The notes under the pieces: model-generated
Seen by the model: the letters and a program-made list of their open reading frames with translations, nothing else
Told to the model about the DNA's origin: nothing
The model's database searches: none
Program-made: the position numbers and the translations under genes
Shown here: piece by piece, positions 11,045-23,752 of the stretch
Layout of the letters: each line of letters starts with the position of its first letter
How positions within the stretch are numbered: the stretch's first letter is position 1
Source: Octopus sinensis
Lineage: Eukaryota
Direction: 5' to 3'
Assembly: GCF_006345805.1 (NCBI RefSeq)
Contig: NW_021835533.1
Coordinates: 1 to 39,221, forward strand
Length of the DNA stretch: 39,221 bases

Positions 11045-12341
11045 CACACACATATATATATGTGCATGTACACATAGATATACATATACATACAAATACA
11101 CACACACATATGTGTATTTGTATGTATATGTATATCTATGTGTACATGTATGTATATACATATATGTGTGTGTGTGTATATATATATGTATATGTATGTA
11201 TATGCGTGTATATATATATATATATGTATGTATATGTATATACACATTTGTATATGTAGTTATGCATACTCACAGACACACACATATATATAAATGAATG
11301 AGGTAGGGACATAGTTATGTATATCTATATATGCGTGTGTGTGTCTGCGCCTGTGTGTAAGTGTGCATGTATGTGTCTGTCTTTGTGTATATGCGTGCAC
11401 ATACGGGCACTTTCACGCAGACACACACGCATAAACACACACACACACACACGTACGCACACAGTCGTACAAACAATGAAATGGCGTGAACGTTTTCTTT
11501 TTTTATTTTTATTGAACAATTGATAGCTTAGTTCCGTCTGGACTTCCGCCGGATGTTGGCCTTTCTGTATTCTTCCTGGATTGGCTTCCTCTCTGCTTCC
11601 TTCTTACACACCGCAGCCTATTGAAACTGCATGCATCAACGCCACCAGCTCCGCCTTGCGCCATCATGAGCAGATAACGAAAGAGTCCCTACATGGTCGC
11701 TCGACCTGCTGAAAATAACCCCGGCTTTCATTAAAATCAAACTTTTCTGTTTAATAAAGCATAGGTACATCTGATAACGTGAGTCTGTGTTCTTCGGCAC
11801 AAAGACAGGTTGGCCACGGATAAAGTGTCTTTAATCATTCCTCTGATTGATCAGGTCTTATTTATGAAAAACCGATAACGAGAACAACGACTATATCAGT
11901 GAGAGAGCCTCCACTCCACATTTCAGTCTTAAAAATTGAAGGACACCATGGTTAATGTAACTTATTTCCTTCTATACAAAAAGCGTTTTGATCGAAAGTA
12001 AACCACAACGAAAACAGTAAATGCTCGACAAGCAAGAAATAGTAGCCAAACGTCTTAAAAAGGCGAAGCACAAAACAATAATACCATCACGACTATAACG
12101 ATTGTCAACTAAAACCCCTACAGCCATATCATCCCAGCAGTAATATTCTTTTACGAGTTTTAGACATAAGCTGTGGCCATGCGGGAGCACTAGGAATATA
12201 TAATGACTTCTAACAGCGGAACGAGATCAAAGAATTGTGGAGTGGCAAGAGGAAGGTGTGGCTGTTTAAATCGATTGCAGGTATTTCGTTGATACTTTCT
12301 TTAATATCAATCCAGAGAGTATGAAGACGTAAGGATATATA

Positions 12342-12382
<41 letters not shown>

Positions 12383-12682
12383 AGAGGCGTAATGGCTCAG
12401 TGGTTAGGGCAGCGGACTTGCGGTCGTAGAATCGCGGTTTTGATTCCCACACCGGGCGTTGTGAGTGTTTATTGAGCGAAAACACCTAAAGCTCCACGAG
12501 GCTCCGACAGGGGGTGGTAGCGATCCCTGCTGTACTCTTTCGCCACAACTTTCTTCCGTTGGCCTGCTCGCTTAGCCAGCGGGATGGCGTCATTTGAAGG
12601 CTAAAACAATGCGAAGTGCATTGTGACCAGCGATATGTAGCAACATCTGATAGCTTGGTCGGTCACGGTGATCACGGTGATA
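12383..12682 (+). mobile_element. tRNA-derived SINE family C
   Basis: A-box TGGCTCAGTGG, B-box-like GGTTTTGATTCCC, GTGTTTATTGAGCGAAAACACC, tail ending in CACGGTGAT repeats followed by (TA)n. Confidence 0.85.
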
Positions 12683-13245
12683 TATATTATATATATATAT
12701 ATATATTATATATATATATATATATACACATATACATTACGCTTCATTAGCTATCACCGCCATTTCATCACGAATACAATTTCAAACACTATTACCACCA
12801 CCACCACCAACAACAACAACGCTATCACTACAAAGACAGCTCCCATCATGACCGTCACAATCATCAGAACCGCTATCATTATCATCAGTACAACCGTCTC
12901 TACTACCACTAATAACAAGCCATAACACCGCCAATGCTAATATCAATACCATCACGACCATCATCACCACCACCCCACCAGCAACACAGCCATCACCATC
13001 AACACAGACAACTTACTCCGACAGGAAACGAATTAGATGAAGCGGAAGCGGAAAAGGAAAGAGAAGCGGGAGAGACAAGTGTGATAAGCCTTTCTCACTT
13101 CATTCGGCGGACATTTTTCAGCTGGACATTGAATTTACGGCTGAAATAAAGACAAGCCATTTTGTTTGTGAGATGATTCTTTATTTGCTTTACACACACA
13201 CACACAAACGCATATATATTATATATACATGTATATATATATATT

Positions 13246-13309
<64 letters not shown>

Positions 13310-13462
13310 ATATCTATAATGTTCGCATATATATATATATCTTTATACATATATATATGAGTACAAGCACACTCACTCACACACACACACACACACATAT
13401 TATTTATATATATATATATACATATTTACATAATGCATACATGCATGCCAACATATATATAT

Positions 13463-13465
<3 letters not shown>

Positions 13466-13501
<36 letters not shown>

Positions 13502-13518
13502 TAGAGATAGATAGATAG

Positions 13519-13594
<76 letters not shown>
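13466..13594. repeat. (AG)n followed by (AGAT)n microsatellite
   Basis: Directly visible. Confidence 0.97.
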
Positions 13595-13595
<1 letters not shown>

Positions 13596-13727
13596 CGCAT
13601 ATATATATATCTATATGTTTGAGTATGCCTAAAGTTTTCTTTATGGCAGAATGGTTGTATGTTTGTTGTTGTTACTCTGTTATTGTGCATGCTTACATAT
13701 GTATGCCTATGTATGTATGTATGTATG

Positions 13728-13758
<31 letters not shown>

Positions 13759-13844
13759 GTATGTGGATTTTTGAGTGAATCTCTATATAAGTGAGTATGC
13801 TCGTGTTGAATGCACTACAATATGTACACACCAACCCATTACAC

Positions 13845-14100
13845 GCCCCTAAGTTACGGTGACGTAAACAGACAAACACCAGTTATCAAGCTGTGGAATA
13901 AAACACACATGCACACACACACACACACATGTATGTCAATAGACGATGAGCTTCTTCCAGATTCCGCCTACCATATACACTTACAAGATATTGGTCGGTC
14001 TAAGACTATAGTTGAAGGCACTTGACCAAGGTGTCACCCAATGGGATTGAACACGAATCTATGCAGCTGAAAAGCAAACTTCTTACCAAACAGCCACGCT
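13845..14100 (-). mobile_element. SINE family A, degraded, 3'-truncated
   Basis: GCACTTGACCAAGGTG and CTTCTTACCAAACAGCCACG are reverse complements of the family A CORE region and head. Confidence 0.75.
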
Positions 14101-14199
14101 AGCATGTAAAATATGCTTCTATTTTCTTCAAATATATTTACTTCCAATTAACGTATGTGCAAGTATATTCTGTAATATATTTGAGCTTTGTAAGTTACT

Positions 14200-14600
14200 G
14201 GGCTAGCAGAATCGTTAGCGAGCCCGACAAAATGTTTATCGGCATTTAGTCCGTCTTCACATTCTGATTTCAATTTCTGCCGAAGTTGTTTTTGCCTTTC
14301 ATCCTTTCGGGGTTGATGAAATAAGTACCTATTTCTTTACTACCCACAAGGGGCTAAACATAGAGAAGACAAACAAGGACAGACAAACGGATTAAGTCGA
14401 TTATACCGACTCCAGTGCGTAACTGGTACTTATTTAATCGACCCCGAAAGGATGACAGGCAAAGTCGACCTCGGCGGAATTTGAACTCAGAACGTAGCGA
14501 CAGACGAAATACTGCTAAGCATTTCGCCCGGCGTGCTAACGTTTCTGCCAGCTCGCCGCCCTTATAATGAAATAAGTACCAGTAATCAACTTACTCACTT
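14200..14600 (+). mobile_element. Older SINE B2 copy interrupted by antisense B1 insertion
   Basis: B head and central domain at 14200-14329 resume after 14566 with ATGAAATAAGTACCAGT. Confidence 0.8.
14330..14566 (-). mobile_element. SINE B1, full length, with 14 bp target site duplication
   Basis: Reverse complement is near-identical to 37245-37475. TSD ATGAAATAAGTACC at 14316-14329 and 14567-14580. Confidence 0.92.
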
Positions 14601-14821
14601 CCACGAAATTGCTTACCTTGTACTTAAATTTAAAACTAATATTTTAGTTCTCTGTAACAAAATGCCACAAAGTGTTCTCCTGATGATCCGTAGCGGTAAG
14701 GCGTTAAGATGTGCTTGGATCATCCAATGCTGTGCCCCAAGCAACTACAATGTTGAAACGGGTGTAGGAACTAATAATTTATATATGTGTTTATCTTAGT
14801 TTTCCACCGTAATTTATTGGT

Positions 14822-15001
14822 CTCACATTTTGCACAAGGTCAGCAATTTCGGCGGAAGCGTTAAATCGATTACAGAGCTCAACTAATACCCATATTATCG
14901 ACCTCGGAAAGATGAATGTCATGGTTCTTAGAACGTAAAGACGGACGAAATGCCGTTAAGCACTTTTCCTGGCTCGGTAACGACTCTCCTAACTCGTCGC
15001 C
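14822..15001 (-). mobile_element. SINE B2, degraded
   Basis: GCACAAGGTCAGCAATTT tail, ATCGACCTCGGAAAGATGAA central domain, AACTCGTCGCC head (all reverse complement). Confidence 0.72.
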
Positions 15002-15107
15002 TTTTTCTCCTGTTGTGAAACTAGTAGGATCTGTGGATTAAGAGAAGTTATTTAAGAAAGAAAGGATAATTTACGAATTTATTTCCTTTCCATGTACAAG
15101 GATATTC

Positions 15108-15514
15108 TCTTTTTACTCTTTTACTTGTTTCAGTCATTTGACTGCAGCCATGCTGGAGCACCACCTTTAGTCGAGCAGATCGACCCCAGGACTTATTCTT
15201 TGTAAGCCTAATACGTATTCTATTGGTTTCTCATTGCCGAACCGCTAAGTTACGGGACATAAACACACCAGCATCGGTTGTCAAGCGATGTTGGGGGGAC
15301 AAACACAGATACACAAACATATACACACACATACATATATATACATATATACGACGGGCTTCTTTCAGTTTCCGTCTACCAATCCACTCACAAGGCTTTG
15401 GTCGGCCCGAGGCTATAGTAGAAGACACTTGCCTAAGGTGCCACGCAGTGGGAATGAACCCGGAACCATGTGATTCGTAAGCAAGCTACTTACCACACAG
15501 CCACTCCTGCGCCT
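15108..15514 (-). mobile_element. SINE family A, full length
   Basis: Reverse complement matches 508-938 and 24493-24948 throughout. Confidence 0.92.
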
Positions 15515-16584
15515 TATATATTAAATGATTCTAAAGTTTCCCTCTGCTAAGCACTTTATATTTCTTTCTTTCTCTCTGTCTCTCCTACAAACATTTTAAG
15601 GATATAATTCCCCTCTTCATATCTTTAACATCTCTCTCTTTCTCTTAACCTTGCCCTCCTCAATCTACAGCACGTCATTAACACTTCTCTCTCCCATTTT
15701 TCTCTCATCGTCTTTTTTCTATCTCTTCACCTCTCCCTTCAATTAACCACTTGATGTGTTTGGCCTTAGTGTATTATTATACACCTTTCTTCTTTCTTCT
15801 CTACACGCATCTCTCCCCCTCTCTCACACACACTTTTATTCCACTTCCACCTCTCACTCACTCCACTTCCACCTCTCTAACGGACCAACAAACAAGCAGA
15901 TAATTATATAGATATTTGGCGGCATTAAATACACTGAAAGGATTTTCATTCATTTGTAAATTTTCTTTCATTTTACGAGGTTATTTGGCGGACTGCGTTC
16001 AGATCGTTTGGTGCCGTCTACTCCATCGCTGAGTAATAAATTTAATCACAGCAATACAAATGTTTCATTAATATTTGGGTACCTAAGGTAACTTGTTTGC
16101 TGATTACATTTATTATAGAAACATACACAAACACACAAGTATGTACATGCTTATGTATGCATGTATGTATGTAATATGCATATCTGTATATACATATACA
16201 CATACGCACACGCATACATACATACATACATAAATACACATACAAACACACAAACACACACACGCATATTATATATATAACATTCGGTTGGCGAGACTAA
16301 TTAACAATGTTTTAAAATACATTAAAAGCAAATTAAATGGTAATATTTATATTTTATTGGCTTATTTCGATAAAATTATTATTACGCCACTGATCAGGTA
16401 TTGAACTCCTTCAAAAGACACATAATCTGACATCAGAAGATCTTAATGTACATCTTGTCATAGATTCGTCAGTGAATCGTCATGAACGTTAATCTCCGGA
16501 TTTAATGCATAAAATTACAAATATTAATCCCTATTGACACACTTCTTCATCGTTTCTAAACAAACACTCACATTTGGATACATT

Positions 16585-16943
16585 TGTGGCTGTGTAGTAA
16601 GTAGCTTGGTTACGAACTACACGGTTCCGGGTTCAGTCCCACTGCGTGGCACCTTGGGCAAGTGTCTTCTACTATAGCTTTGGGCCGACCAAAGCCTTGT
16701 GAGTGGATTTCGTAGGCGGAAACTAAAAAATCCCGTTGTATATATGTATATATATGTATATGTATGTGTGTATGTATATGTTTGTGTGTCTTTGTTTGCC
16801 CCCTCAAATTCGCTTGACAACCGATGCTGGTGTGTTTACATTCCCGTAACTTAGCGGTTCGGCAAAAGAGACCGATAGAATAAGTACTAGGCTTACAAAG
16901 GATAAGTCCTGAGGTCAATTTGCTCGACTAAAGGCAGTGCTCC
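16585..16943 (+). mobile_element. SINE family A, 3' tail missing
   Basis: GTGGCTGTGTAGTAAGTAGC head through GGCAGTGCTCCA. Confidence 0.9.
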
Positions 16944-16959
16944 ATATATTAACTATAGA

Positions 16960-17864
16960 AAATAGTCTAAAATTGGGGCATATATTCCGACGACGGAAAA
17001 AAACGGGCATTATTCTGCGAGATATTCAGGCTGTTAGAAATAAATTAGATTTTTTTTTTACTTCTTCAGGGACCGCTTGATGTGTTGCTGAATACTCAGG
17101 GGCGTTGGGGAGAATAAAGATAAAATTAGTGTTGAGAAAAAAATTAGCTGACATGAAGGACTGGAAGCCATCTGAATATTGAATAAAAATTACCTATAGC
17201 ATGAGGATTTGCACCAGACATCAAAACGCAGACATCACGACTGCTGCCCAATACTCTGTAAACACTGTCAAAGGTTGCAAGACGTGGCATGGACATCATG
17301 GACACCAGGTTCCCTGAAACTCTGATGGTCTTTAGGTATGGCGTCAGTGTGGATGACGTCATGCCAGCCCAATTATTTTGAGCGGCGCCTTAAACTCAAT
17401 TCAGATGGCTGTGAAACTGCTGGAGACTGTGGTCAAACCCTGGCTGGAGAAGGTGTCTCCTGGAATCGCCTCCTTGCCATACTTCTGGAAGGAGTTAGAA
17501 GTTGTTGTCGGCCTCGTAGTTCATCTGATTGTAATACCATGGTTTGGTATGTGTGGGGTGCGGTTGAGAGTGACACCAAGCTCTCTATCTGAAAAAGTAA
17601 GACCGAGCCGATGGCCGAGATCAAAGAGGTGTTCGATGAACTTCCCAAGGACACAGTGAAGAACGTATAGCCCAGGTTCCGGAACCCTCATGAAGACGTG
17701 GTGGAAGCTGAGGGCAGCTACTTCAAGTAACCTCTTAACTGCCAACCGTATATAAGTTGTTTATTTTCCATTTTTATTTTATATACATTTATTTTTTCGG
17801 GTGGGATGTCGTGTTTCTTTCTTCTTTATACAAACTGTCCAATTTAGCTGTAAAAGCCAGTGTA
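16960..17864 (+). mobile_element. Tc1/mariner superfamily (maT/DD37D-like) internally deleted element
   Basis: Translated fragments TRFPETLMVF, VKLLETVVKPWLEKV, PRSSSDCNTMVWYVWGAVESDT (cf. WPPNSPDCNPLDYYVWG) and EDVVEAEGSYFK*. Right TIR-like TGTCCAATTTAGCTGTAAAAGCCAGTGTA; left TIR remnant near 16960-16980. Confidence 0.85.
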
Positions 17865-18174
17865 AAGATATATAAATACATACATATACATACATATATA
17901 TACATATATATATATATACATATAAATAAATATATAAATATTTAAAGATATATATATATATATGAATATATATATATGTATGTATATATACACACATATA
18001 TATATATATGCATATACATGTGCATATATATATATGTGTGTGTGTGTGTGTATATATGTATATGTGCGTATGCATGATTGTGTGTGCGTGTGTGTGTCTA
18101 CGTACGTATATATATATTACATACATATTTGTTTGTACATGCATATGTTCATGCGGCGTACATATTTGAAGACA

Positions 18175-18400
18175 TAGCATGGCTGAGCTGTCAAGAAGCG
18201 AGATGCAAACCGAAAACTATGCGCATGCCCGTCGGATCGATCGTTACCGTAATTGAAAGGCCCAGCTTTGTCACACCCTGTGTCATACAGTTTCTGCCTA
18301 AGAATTATGCTTTCGGTACACGTGTCTGTGAATACTCAGGCACTTTTAAGCTAATGCAATAAGCAGGTGATTTCACTTGATCTAAAACGTGAAGCTTCAC
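18175..18400 (+). repeat. Degraded SINE-like fragment
   Basis: Weak tRNA-like head ATGGCTGAGCTGTC and GGCCCAGCTTTGTCACACCCTGTGTC...GGTACACGTGTCTGTGAATACTCAG, recalled as a SINE body motif; no clear second copy in the window. Confidence 0.4.
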
Positions 18401-18578
18401 CGTCGAAGCTGATGGCTATCTTAATTATTCTGTGTGCGTGTATGCGCATGTGCGTGTACCTGTGTGTATGTGTGTACGTTTTCATATATTTGCGAATGTG
18501 CGATTATACGCATACCAGTTCCTTATATGTGTTGTACATCTAAAATTATTTTTCCAAGCTACATCTAAATTTATTTTT

Positions 18579-18951
18579 AGGCGCAGGAGCGTCTGTGTGG
18601 TAAGTAGCTTGCTTACCAATCACATGGTTGCAGGTTCACTCCCACTGCGTGGCACCTTGGGCAAGTGTCTCCTACTATAGCCTCGGTCCCACCAAAGCCT
18701 TGTGAGGGAATTTGGTAGATGGAAACAGAAAGAAGCCCGATGTCGCGTGTGTACCATTGGCGATTTTTTTCCTCCTTCTTCCCTTCTCTGGATCTTTCTT
18801 TTCCTATGTTTCTGACGAAGAGCTCCGCTTGAAACGTTAAACCCTCCTTCTTTCCTTCTTTCCTGAGCGTCCAATAATACTAAATTTGTTCCACGTCCTC
18901 GCGTTGTTGTGTTTTCTCTTTTTGTTTTCATGTTTGGATTAACTTTATATA

Positions 18952-18987
<36 letters not shown>

Positions 18988-19160
18988 TGTTGTGTGTGTG
19001 TTTATGTGTTTGTGTTTGTCCCCCAACATCGCTTGACAACCGATGCTGGTGTGTTTACGTCCCCGTAACTTAGCGGTTCGGCAAAAGGGACCGATAGAAT
19101 AAGTACTAGGCTTACAAAGGATAAGTCCTGGGGTCGAATGACTGAAACAAGTAAAAGAGT
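18579..19160 (+). mobile_element. SINE family A carrying a ~205 bp foreign insert at 18741-18946
   Basis: Family A sequence stops at AGAAGCCCG (~18739) and resumes after (TA)n(TATG)n near 18947. Confidence 0.9.
18808..18842 (+). ncRNA. Minimal type I hammerhead ribozyme motif inside the SINE-nested insert
   Basis: GTTT-CTGACGA-A-GAGC-TCC-GCTT-GAAA-CG-TT-AAAC. Stem I GTTT/AAAC, intact core, stem II GAGC/GCTT, palindromic stem III ACGT, GUU triplet. Confidence 0.82.
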
Positions 19161-19239
19161 ATTTGTGTATACTCGTTTACGGATACTGCCAGTATAAAGC
19201 TATAGCTGGAACTTGGAGCGAACCGACGAAGATGTCAAT

Positions 19240-19420
19240 ACTTAATAACTCGACCGTCTGAAAATAACAGCTAAATTTTTCCCAAATAACACCCTACGGT
19301 TTTTGAAACCGAAAGGTACAATATCTGAACAAAAGAGAGAATGGGGAAGTCTTGAAAGCCTTCGATTATTGACCAGTTCAGATAGAACTGATCAGAGATT
19401 CGCCAACTATATACACAATA
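19240..19420 (+). repeat. Dispersed family D, degraded
   Basis: CTCGACCGTCTGAAAATAACAGCTAAATTTTCCC...AAAGCCTTCGAT. Confidence 0.5.
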
Positions 19421-19869
19421 GAGAAAATAACACCGACAGCTTGAATGCACTTATGTGCACATATGACATGCACATGAGGGCTTCAATATGCATGTGCACG
19501 TAAACATATGCTCATATGCATATGCATGCATGTATATCACGCCAGACAGCGTCTCTAAACGAGTAAAATAAATTTTAAATCTGTATACACCCTCTTAAAA
19601 ACAAAAATAAACATTGATATACAACACACATATATACATGCAGACATTCATGCACACACACACACACACACATACATACACACATATGTATTTGCATACG
19701 TATGCAAATACACGTACAGACCGACATTTACACACATGCCTGAGCGTCACAGCTGCTGCACTATCATTAGTCATGCTTATACACACACACACACACACTT
19801 GCATGTTTGTGCGTGTGTGTATATGTATGTAGGTGTACGCGAGTTTGTATTGTGTACACACACACGCAC

Positions 19870-19904
<35 letters not shown>

Positions 19905-20073
19905 GTATATGTGTGTGTGTGTGTGTGTATTTATATATTTTATATAATGCGTATATATATATATGCATATCTATACTTATACATACATGCATACATACAC
20001 ACACACACATATATAGAGAGAGAGATATGTATGTATGTATATATATATGTGTGTGTGTGTGTTTGCATGTATG

Positions 20074-20105
<32 letters not shown>

Positions 20106-20245
20106 CACACACAGGCAGACGGTATGACAAGCACAGAGACGAAGTCGATTCAAATATATTCATACGAAATGATATAAAAATATTCATGTGCATATATATA
20201 TGTATATGTATGTGTGTATATGTGTGTGTATATATGTATTTATTT

Positions 20246-20735
20246 ATGTATGTATGTACATATATATGTATGTATGTACGTATGTATGTATGTATGTATG
20301 TATGCATGTATGTATGTATGCATGTATGTATGTATGTATGCATGTATGTATGTATGTATGTACGTATGTATGTAGGTATGTATGTATGCATGTATGTATG
20401 TATGCATGTATGTATGTATGTACGTATGTATGTATGTATGTATGTATGTATGTATGTATGCATGTATGTATGCATGTATGTATGTATGTATGTACGTATG
20501 TATGTATGTATGTATGCATGTATGTATGCATGTATGTATGTATGTATGTATGCATGTATGTATGTATGTATGTATGTATGCATTATGTATGTATGTATGC
20601 ATGTATGTATGTATGTATGTATGCATGTATGTATGTATGTATGCATGTATGTATGTATGTATGTACGTATGTATGTATGTATGTATGTATGTATGTATGC
20701 ATGTATGTATGTATGTATGCATGTATGTATGTATA
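20246..20735. repeat. ~490 bp (TATG)n array with interspersed CATG and TACG variant units
   Basis: Directly visible; source of the 354-aa MYVC/HTYI ORFs. Confidence 0.97.
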
Positions 20736-20859
20736 CCTGTACCTCACCATGGTATGATAACATATGTGCATGCTGTTCTAACACAGACACACAAGTGTAA
20801 ACGTGTTCATTCAACCAATTGCACCAGGTACACGCCCACATGAGCGCACGTTCATCTCA

Positions 20860-22137
20860 ACATATACGCATACATATTCATGATACAATGTGCAATCATA
20901 TGCACATGTATCCAATAACGTGTTCATACTCACACATGTGCACACACACTCACACACACACACACTGACATGCGCACTCTTACACACGCAAGCATGGTGT
21001 TATGTAAATACATGCATAGACTTATACATAATGCATACAGAGCGTTGATGTATACACTAAAATACAGACCACACGCATATAAATAAACACACATACACCC
21101 AAATACACACGCATACACATAAATATACATGTACATACGTACAAGCACACACCCATGCATACACACAAACGTACACAAATATACGTAAATACACATATAT
21201 TCACATACGCATACACTTAAATACACGCGCCTACAAATACACACGCGTACACGCAAATACACAGGCATACACACGCAAACACACACACAAATGCACACGA
21301 ATACATGCAAATATATATGCATACACACACAAATACACTAGCATACAGGCAAATATATACTCATACACATACACAAATACACACGCATACACACGAAATC
21401 CATGCATATACACATATATACACGCAAATACACATACAAGTACACGCGCATACAGAAATACACATGCACACACACGCAAATTCACACACACACGCAAATT
21501 CACACACACACACACACATGCTGTCTTTGAATGCAAGCAGATGTAGAAAGACATTCAAACACACAAATATATAAAATACCAAACATATCCCCACACACAC
21601 ATACATACACACACGTGCACATATACACTCATACACACATACACCCTCATTCACGCGCATATACATGCACTCGCATATACACTTATACACACACGTACAT
21701 ATGCACTCATACACACACATACATACACACACATATACATACATACGCACAAATACATATACATTCACACACACACATACATACACACACATGCACTCAT
21801 ACACAAACACATACATACAAACACACAGATAAACTCATACACACATACAACACACACACACATACAAACACACAAACACACATATACATTCACACACATA
21901 CATACACATGCACACATACACAAACACTCAAACACACACACTGTACTTACCACACATTATGCACACAGACAGTCATACGAAGACATACATTCCACACATA
22001 TACTCACATTATACATCAAACACATGATCCGAAACACATATATACACCCTTTACGTTAAAGGCACTCCACAACGCGCACACATCAGAAATACATACACAT
22101 ATTACACTACGCACATATAATACACACGCATCGCATG

Positions 22138-22181
<44 letters not shown>

Positions 22182-22740
22182 GAAAAACATACGCATACAT
22201 ACAAAACACACACACATGCATGCACCTCGCATCTTCGTACTGTCCTTACAATACACACAATTACATACAAAAATCACACACACACGTATTAAACTATATA
22301 CACTCTAAACACAAATACACACGCGCATGCACACAACATACACACACGCACGCATCGTACACACACGCACACATCATACACAAACTCACACATCATACAC
22401 ACATATCATACTCACACACATGTAGTGGACCACGTTTAGTCTAAACCCAAATGCGCATACGCACACCATACACACATACACACATATATACAATAAACAT
22501 GCACACCACACCATTCGTTTAATCCATACCAAATATGCCTAACCTATACACAACACGTTATATACACAAAATACAACACACAAACGTACACACACGCATA
22601 CACACACACACACACACACTTCATGCATAACCATGCACAGACACACGCACACAAACATACAGTGTACAAAGACACGCACGCACACACACACACACATATG
22701 TATCACACACAACACAGTCACAAACCCACACACGCAGCAA
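20860..22740. repeat. ~1.9 kb degenerate CA-rich low-complexity tract
   Basis: Decayed (CA)n/(CATA)n; explains ORFs 20930-22943. Confidence 0.9.
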
Positions 22741-22859
22741 GCCAATATGGCGGCCGTCAACTCTTTACGGTGCTTCATTAAGCGACATTTTCCGCGCCAA
22801 CGAATAACTCTGCTTTGGCATATTTCACCGTAAAGAGAGACCAACACACTGATAATGGC

Positions 22860-23400
22860 GGCGGCGGCGGAGGCAGTGGTGTTCGTGGCGGTAGTGATCG
22901 TGGTTGTGGTGTTGGAGGCGGTGAAGAGTTCGGTTGAAGTCATGGTGGTAGTGGTGGTGGTGGTGGTGATGGTTGTGGCGGCGTTGGTGGTAGTGGTGGT
23001 GATGGTGGGGACTACTACTGCGGCTGATGGTGCCGGTGGTGGTTTGAAGGATGATCGTAGTGGTGATTGTGCCGTTGTAGTGGCGATGGTGGAGTTGTTC
23101 GATGGTATTGGTGTAGGTGTTTGTAGTTGTGTTCAAGGTGGTAATCTCGGTTGCGGTGGCGGTGGTGATGGTGGTGGTTATGATAATTTTGGTAATTTTG
23201 GTAGTGGTGCGTTTTGCTGATGGCGACGATGGTGTTGGAATTGGTAGCCGATGTTGTTATAGTTGTTTTTGTTTCGTGGTGGTGGTGGTGGTGGTGGTGG
23301 TGGCGGCTGTGTTAGTAGATTTGTCGGTGGTGGTACTGCTATTAGTAATGTTACTAGCATTAGTGTTGTTGCTAACGCCGATGATTATACGTTTGCTATA
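22860..23400. repeat. Degenerate (GGT)n/(GTT)n low-complexity tract
   Basis: Directly visible. Confidence 0.88.
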
Positions 23401-23404
23401 AGCA

Positions 23405-23590
23405 TTGCTGTGTTGCTTAGTCCCGGGTCAGCCCTAATTGCACGAACCTGTGGTCAAAGGCGTTCAAGCTGTGAGCAATTCATCTTTATCCAAACTGTAC
23501 ATCAACTATTAGAATATCCGTTGTGTCTAACACAGTAATTTGAGGGTGATTTCGCTGCGATTTCTTGCGGAATCTAGTGCTCACGTAAAG
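23405..23590 (-). repeat. Dispersed family D, degraded
   Basis: Reverse complement CGCAAGAAATCGCAGCGAAATCACCCTCAAAT...AACGCCTTTGACCACAGG...AGGGCTGACC. Confidence 0.55.
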
Positions 23591-23614
23591 GTCCTAGTCT
23601 AGTTTTGTGTTAAT

Positions 23615-23752
23615 ATTGATTTATTTTATTAATCCCGAATAGTTAAAAGACAAAGTTGACCTCGATAGATTTTGAATTAAGAACATTAAAAGCCGGAAGA
23701 AGTGCTGTTAAATATCTTGTCCGACGTACTAAAGATTCTGCCAGATCACTGC
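23615..23752 (-). mobile_element. SINE family B, heavily degraded
   Basis: AAAGACAAAGTTGACCTCGATAGATTTTGAATTAAGAAC and AGATTCTGCCAG match reverse-complemented family B. Confidence 0.65.

Noticed and set aside
11530-11690. GC-richer stretch with short open frames on both strands
   Set aside because: No family similarity or convincing splice pair; partly adjacent to a family D fragment.
19736-20843. 354-aa ORFs on both strands
   Set aside because: Read-through of (CA)n/(TATG)n repeats (MYVC/HTYI periodicity); no protein signal.
22761-22837. Pre-miRNA hairpin
   Set aside because: Only a 12 bp closing stem; the interior does not pair into a long regular hairpin, and I recognise no known mature miRNA.
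21231-23401. HT-rich and V/G-rich ORFs up to 253 aa
   Set aside because: Degenerate CA and GGT tracts.
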